DNA of 64,000 bases, from IMG/VR virus record IMGVR_UViG_3300017913_002030, positions 19,939 through 83,938 of that record. One strand, written 5' to 3'. The notes under the pieces are model-generated. The model did no database searches, was not told the origin of the DNA, and saw only the letters and a program-made list of their open reading frames with translations. Below, in pieces: positions 61,565 to 64,000 of the stretch; position 1 is the first letter of the stretch; every line of letters starts with the position of its first letter. This DNA comes from a virus. Lineage: Duplodnaviria > Caudoviricetes. Made by a program: the position numbers and the translations under genes.

Positions 61565-61882
61565 TTACCAATTCCTGCACGACCAATAGCGCGCTTTCCA
61601 CTTCGGTCCAGGATTATCACAGTTGTGACGAGCCCGGAAATTCTTTCGACGACCTGGGTCATCTCGCTTAATCTCCATGTTCGGATCACCGAATGAGACT
61701 TTCACGATATTACCCTTATCGTTTTTCGTATAGACATAGAACTTCTTAGAGCCACCACGTACAGGTTTATTCAGAGTCACTTTGCGGCCCTGATATTCTG
61801 CCTCTACTAGTTCTAACTCTTCGTCGAGTGACGCACAATCGTCACAACAACGCTCTTCTATGTACTGCTTAAACTTTTTCAT
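61565..61882 (-). CDS. Conserved phage protein (EAEYQGRKVTLNKP...RKNFRARHNC...KARYWSC)
   Basis: Motif-rich basic domain after an acidic MKKFKQYIEE leader. Confidence 0.8.
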   Translation of the reverse strand: MKKFKQYIEERCCDDCASLDEELELVEAEYQGRKVTLNKPVRGGSKKFYVYTKNDKGNIVKVSFGDPNMEIKRDDPGRRKNFRARHNCDNPGPKWKARYWSCRNW

Positions 61883-62259
61883 GACATCACATTCTTGGCA
61901 ATCGATGTCACAGTTGCCTTTGTTGGTTTTGGATGACTACCAAGGTCTACAGTCTTACCGCTCTTAGTCTTTAGAGACAGAGAGTAACCGTCTTGCTTGC
62001 CACGCATACCCTTGGTGTTTCTCTTAGTAGCAGTAACAGTACCATGAGGTGTCTGGAATGCTAACGCAGTATCACCAACTGCTTCTTTTTTGAGACCGCC
62101 CATCGCATTACCGTACATCTTCTTCTTGATATTCTTATATCTTGCAGAAGAATCTGAACCTTTGTTACCCGAAGCTCGACGTTCTTTTCTCTTATCAGCA
62201 TCGATCTCTGCTTGAGTTGGTTTACGATATGCTTCTCTCAATTCAAAAAAATCTTTCAC
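61879..62259 (-). CDS. Basic putative internal head protein (GTG start, MKDFFELREA)
   Basis: RBS GAGGA before GTG 62259. Confidence 0.65.
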   Translation of the reverse strand: MKDFFELREAYRKPTQAEIDADKRKERRASGNKGSDSSARYKNIKKKMYGNAMGGLKKEAVGDTALAFQTPHGTVTATKRNTKGMRGKQDGYSLSLKTKSGKTVDLGSHPKPTKATVTSIAKNVMS

Positions 62260-62260
62260 T

Positions 62261-62440
62261 TTAACTTCCTCTTGATGCGCCTCGAAATACCTTCGTTCCC
62301 GCAACTGGATTGACTGATTTAACTTTGTTATTTATAGGGTTAAAATTCAGTCCCCCGTAGTTGTTGTCGGATGCCTGCTGTAGTTTTTGTTTCTTCGCAG
62401 CAGACATTTTCTTGTTACGTGGTTTCTTCGATTTGCTCAT
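62261..62440 (-). CDS. Small basic protein (MSKSKKPRNKK)
   Basis: RBS AGGA. Confidence 0.55.
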   Translation of the reverse strand: MSKSKKPRNKKMSAAKKQKLQQASDNNYGGLNFNPINNKVKSVNPVAGTKVFRGASRGS

Positions 62441-62447
62441 AACTGTC

Positions 62448-63356
62448 CTATGTGATATACGTGTTGAGTTCGTACTTGCCGCCGCCCATACCATACACTT
62501 GGACAGCAAGCATCTTCTTAGGGTTGTCTTTGAGTTTCAATGTGAAACTATTGGTACGACCCTCACTTGGTTTCTTAGGACCAGACGCAACCTTCGAATC
62601 GATGTCGTCTGGATCTACTATGTGACCTTGTTTCTTTGCCCATGCGTATGCGTGTTGTAACGCACCTGAGTAGGACTTGTGGTAAAGGTCATAACCGGAA
62701 CCTGATTTGGAACCCATCTTTGGTGGTTCCTGTTTCTTTGGTGTTGCCCTACGTTGACCACGGTAGTATGCTTCGTCTACGGAGTTGAAAATCAATCCGT
62801 TGAATGTGCGATCAAGTCCGTGTTTAGAGAGAATCTTTTTGATCTCTCTTCCTTCTGGAGTAGCGCCACCTTTACCATACATCGTCTTGTTGATGATGTT
62901 GTTGATTCGGACTTCCTGTTGAGAAATGATCTTCTCAAACTTGGCAGCACCTTGTCCGGTCTTACTCATACTCAACGATCTCACCATCGTCGCGATCGTA
63001 GATAGTGCATCTGAGATTGACTGAAAGTTGATGTCCTTGTTCTTAGCAAAATCCTTTGCGGCAGATTTAAATATGTCAATACTCTTGACGTTGATGTCTT
63101 CGTTGACTACCTTGTTCGCCTTCTTGGCAATAGCGATCGCCGCCTGTTGTTCAGGCGACGATGCTTCAACCGCATACCCCATCTTCTTCAGTTCGTCCTT
63201 AGAAAAAGATGGTGGCGGTTTACTGAAAAAGTCAGACGCCTTCTTAATCTTGTCCAGTCTCTTCTGCGAACCAAGACCATGTTTCGACGCACGTGCGGAA
63301 AGACGGTCTTGTGCAGACCGCCTTGCTTCTCTTATTTCAGTAAACTTTTTCATCAT
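62448..63356 (-). CDS. Multi-segment putative internal head protein (MKKFTEIREA)
   Basis: Segments separated by VEA/NED/DEA; C-terminal YHKSYSGALQHA...VQVYGMGGGKYELNTYI domain. Confidence 0.7.
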   Translation of the reverse strand: MMKKFTEIREARRSAQDRLSARASKHGLGSQKRLDKIKKASDFFSKPPPSFSKDELKKMGYAVEASSPEQQAAIAIAKKANKVVNEDINVKSIDIFKSAAKDFAKNKDINFQSISDALSTIATMVRSLSMSKTGQGAAKFEKIISQQEVRINNIINKTMYGKGGATPEGREIKKILSKHGLDRTFNGLIFNSVDEAYYRGQRRATPKKQEPPKMGSKSGSGYDLYHKSYSGALQHAYAWAKKQGHIVDPDDIDSKVASGPKKPSEGRTNSFTLKLKDNPKKMLAVQVYGMGGGKYELNTYIT

Positions 63357-64000
63357 TAGTCGTCCGAACTACTAATACCGCCTGGGAAGTTTGGTCTAGG
63401 CAATGTCCAAGAATCACATCCCCTATCAAACTGACCGTGTTCTTGAGATTGCGCAACAACCCATGAAGATAGATCTTGGTTGAACGACTCTGCGTTTTCA
63501 AACATTTCTCCAAAGTCAGTCACGTTTGAAACATTCCAACCGCTAATGTCTTGGTTGAACGCAGTCGCATCTTGGAACATTTCATCCATACTAGTAGCAC
63601 CCGAAGTATTCCAGTCACCGATATATTGGTTGAAACTTGAGTTCTCCTCAAACATCTCGTCGAAATACTTAACGTTGGAAACATTCCAATTACCAATTTG
63701 CCCATTGAAGTTGGCATAAGAGAACATACTTCTCATGTCACGCGCCTGAGAAGTATTCCAAGAATTGAGATCTTGGTTGAACGAGATTGCTTCTCTAAAC
63801 ATTTGTTGTAATTGAGTCGCATTGCTCATATTCCAATTATCGATAGGTTGGTTGAAACTTTCGGCGTCTTTGAACATATTATAGAAATCTCTTCCGTTTG
63901 AAGTGTTCCAATTATTGATTGACGCAGAACCGCCATTGTTAAACCCTTTGGCATCATCAAACATCTGATCAAAACAGAATACCTGAGACACGTCCCAAGA
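63356..64000 (-). CDS. DUF285/BspA-family repeat surface protein (5' end beyond the window)
   Basis: About 25-aa repeats WN(T/V)SNV..(F/M)..MF..A.SFNQ.I..; frame stays open to the window edge. Confidence 0.9.
   Translation of the reverse strand, partial: SWDVSQVFCFDQMFDDAKGFNNGGSASINNWNTSNGRDFYNMFKDAESFNQPIDNWNMSNATQLQQMFREAISFNQDLNSWNTSQARDMRSMFSYANFNGQIGNWNVSNVKYFDEMFEENSSFNQYIGDWNTSGATSMDEMFQDATAFNQDISGWNVSNVTDFGEMFENAESFNQDLSSWVVAQSQEHGQFDRGCDSWTLPRPNFPGGISSSDD

Noticed and set aside
1-64000. Apparent abundance of GATC/CGATCG suggesting a methylation-related bias
   Set aside because: Impression only, inflated by the repeats and by Asp-Leu/Ile-Asp codon usage; it needs a Markov-corrected count, and no DNA methyltransferase is visible here.

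Overview
This is a 64-kb segment of a T4-like myovirus genome, probably marine/aquatic, with a bacterial host that uses sigma70 promoters; the host cannot be identified from this window. Left to right: (i) 1-22.8 kb is a baseplate/tail module (gp8, a 1792-aa fibre with 13 x 88-aa repeats, a short gp7, gp6, gp25, gp5 without lysozyme, a putative hub, gp53, gp48, then divergent gp4, gp2, gp54, gp26, gp51 and a tape-measure-like gene). (ii) gp32 and gp33. (iii) 24-31 kb and 48-53.6 kb are early/accessory regions of small ORFs behind strong TTGAC-N16-18-TATAAT promoters. (iv) 33-44 kb is a glycosyltransferase/carbamoyltransferase/radical-SAM/ATP-grasp/methyltransferase cluster, partly behind T4 late promoters (TATAAATA), next to a lysozyme and fibre-like genes. 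(v) mtnN, apt, nrdB and nrdA (glutaredoxin-fused). (vi) 59-64 kb holds head/internal-protein-like genes and a truncated DUF285 repeat gene. I saw no tRNA, rRNA, CRISPR array or integrase. The most notable unexplained signals are: a probable -1 frameshift joining gp26 to a gp51-like ORF just before the tape measure (lambda G/GT-like); a TGTGA-N5-TCACA palindrome in 10-bp phased positions upstream of six early promoters; a late-expressed surface-modification enzyme cluster; several structured RNA candidates, including an orphan 11-nt complement of the 16S rRNA 3' end; and T4 capsid-targeting-like N-termini on four proteins. All family assignments come from motif recognition by eye; no database searches were run.
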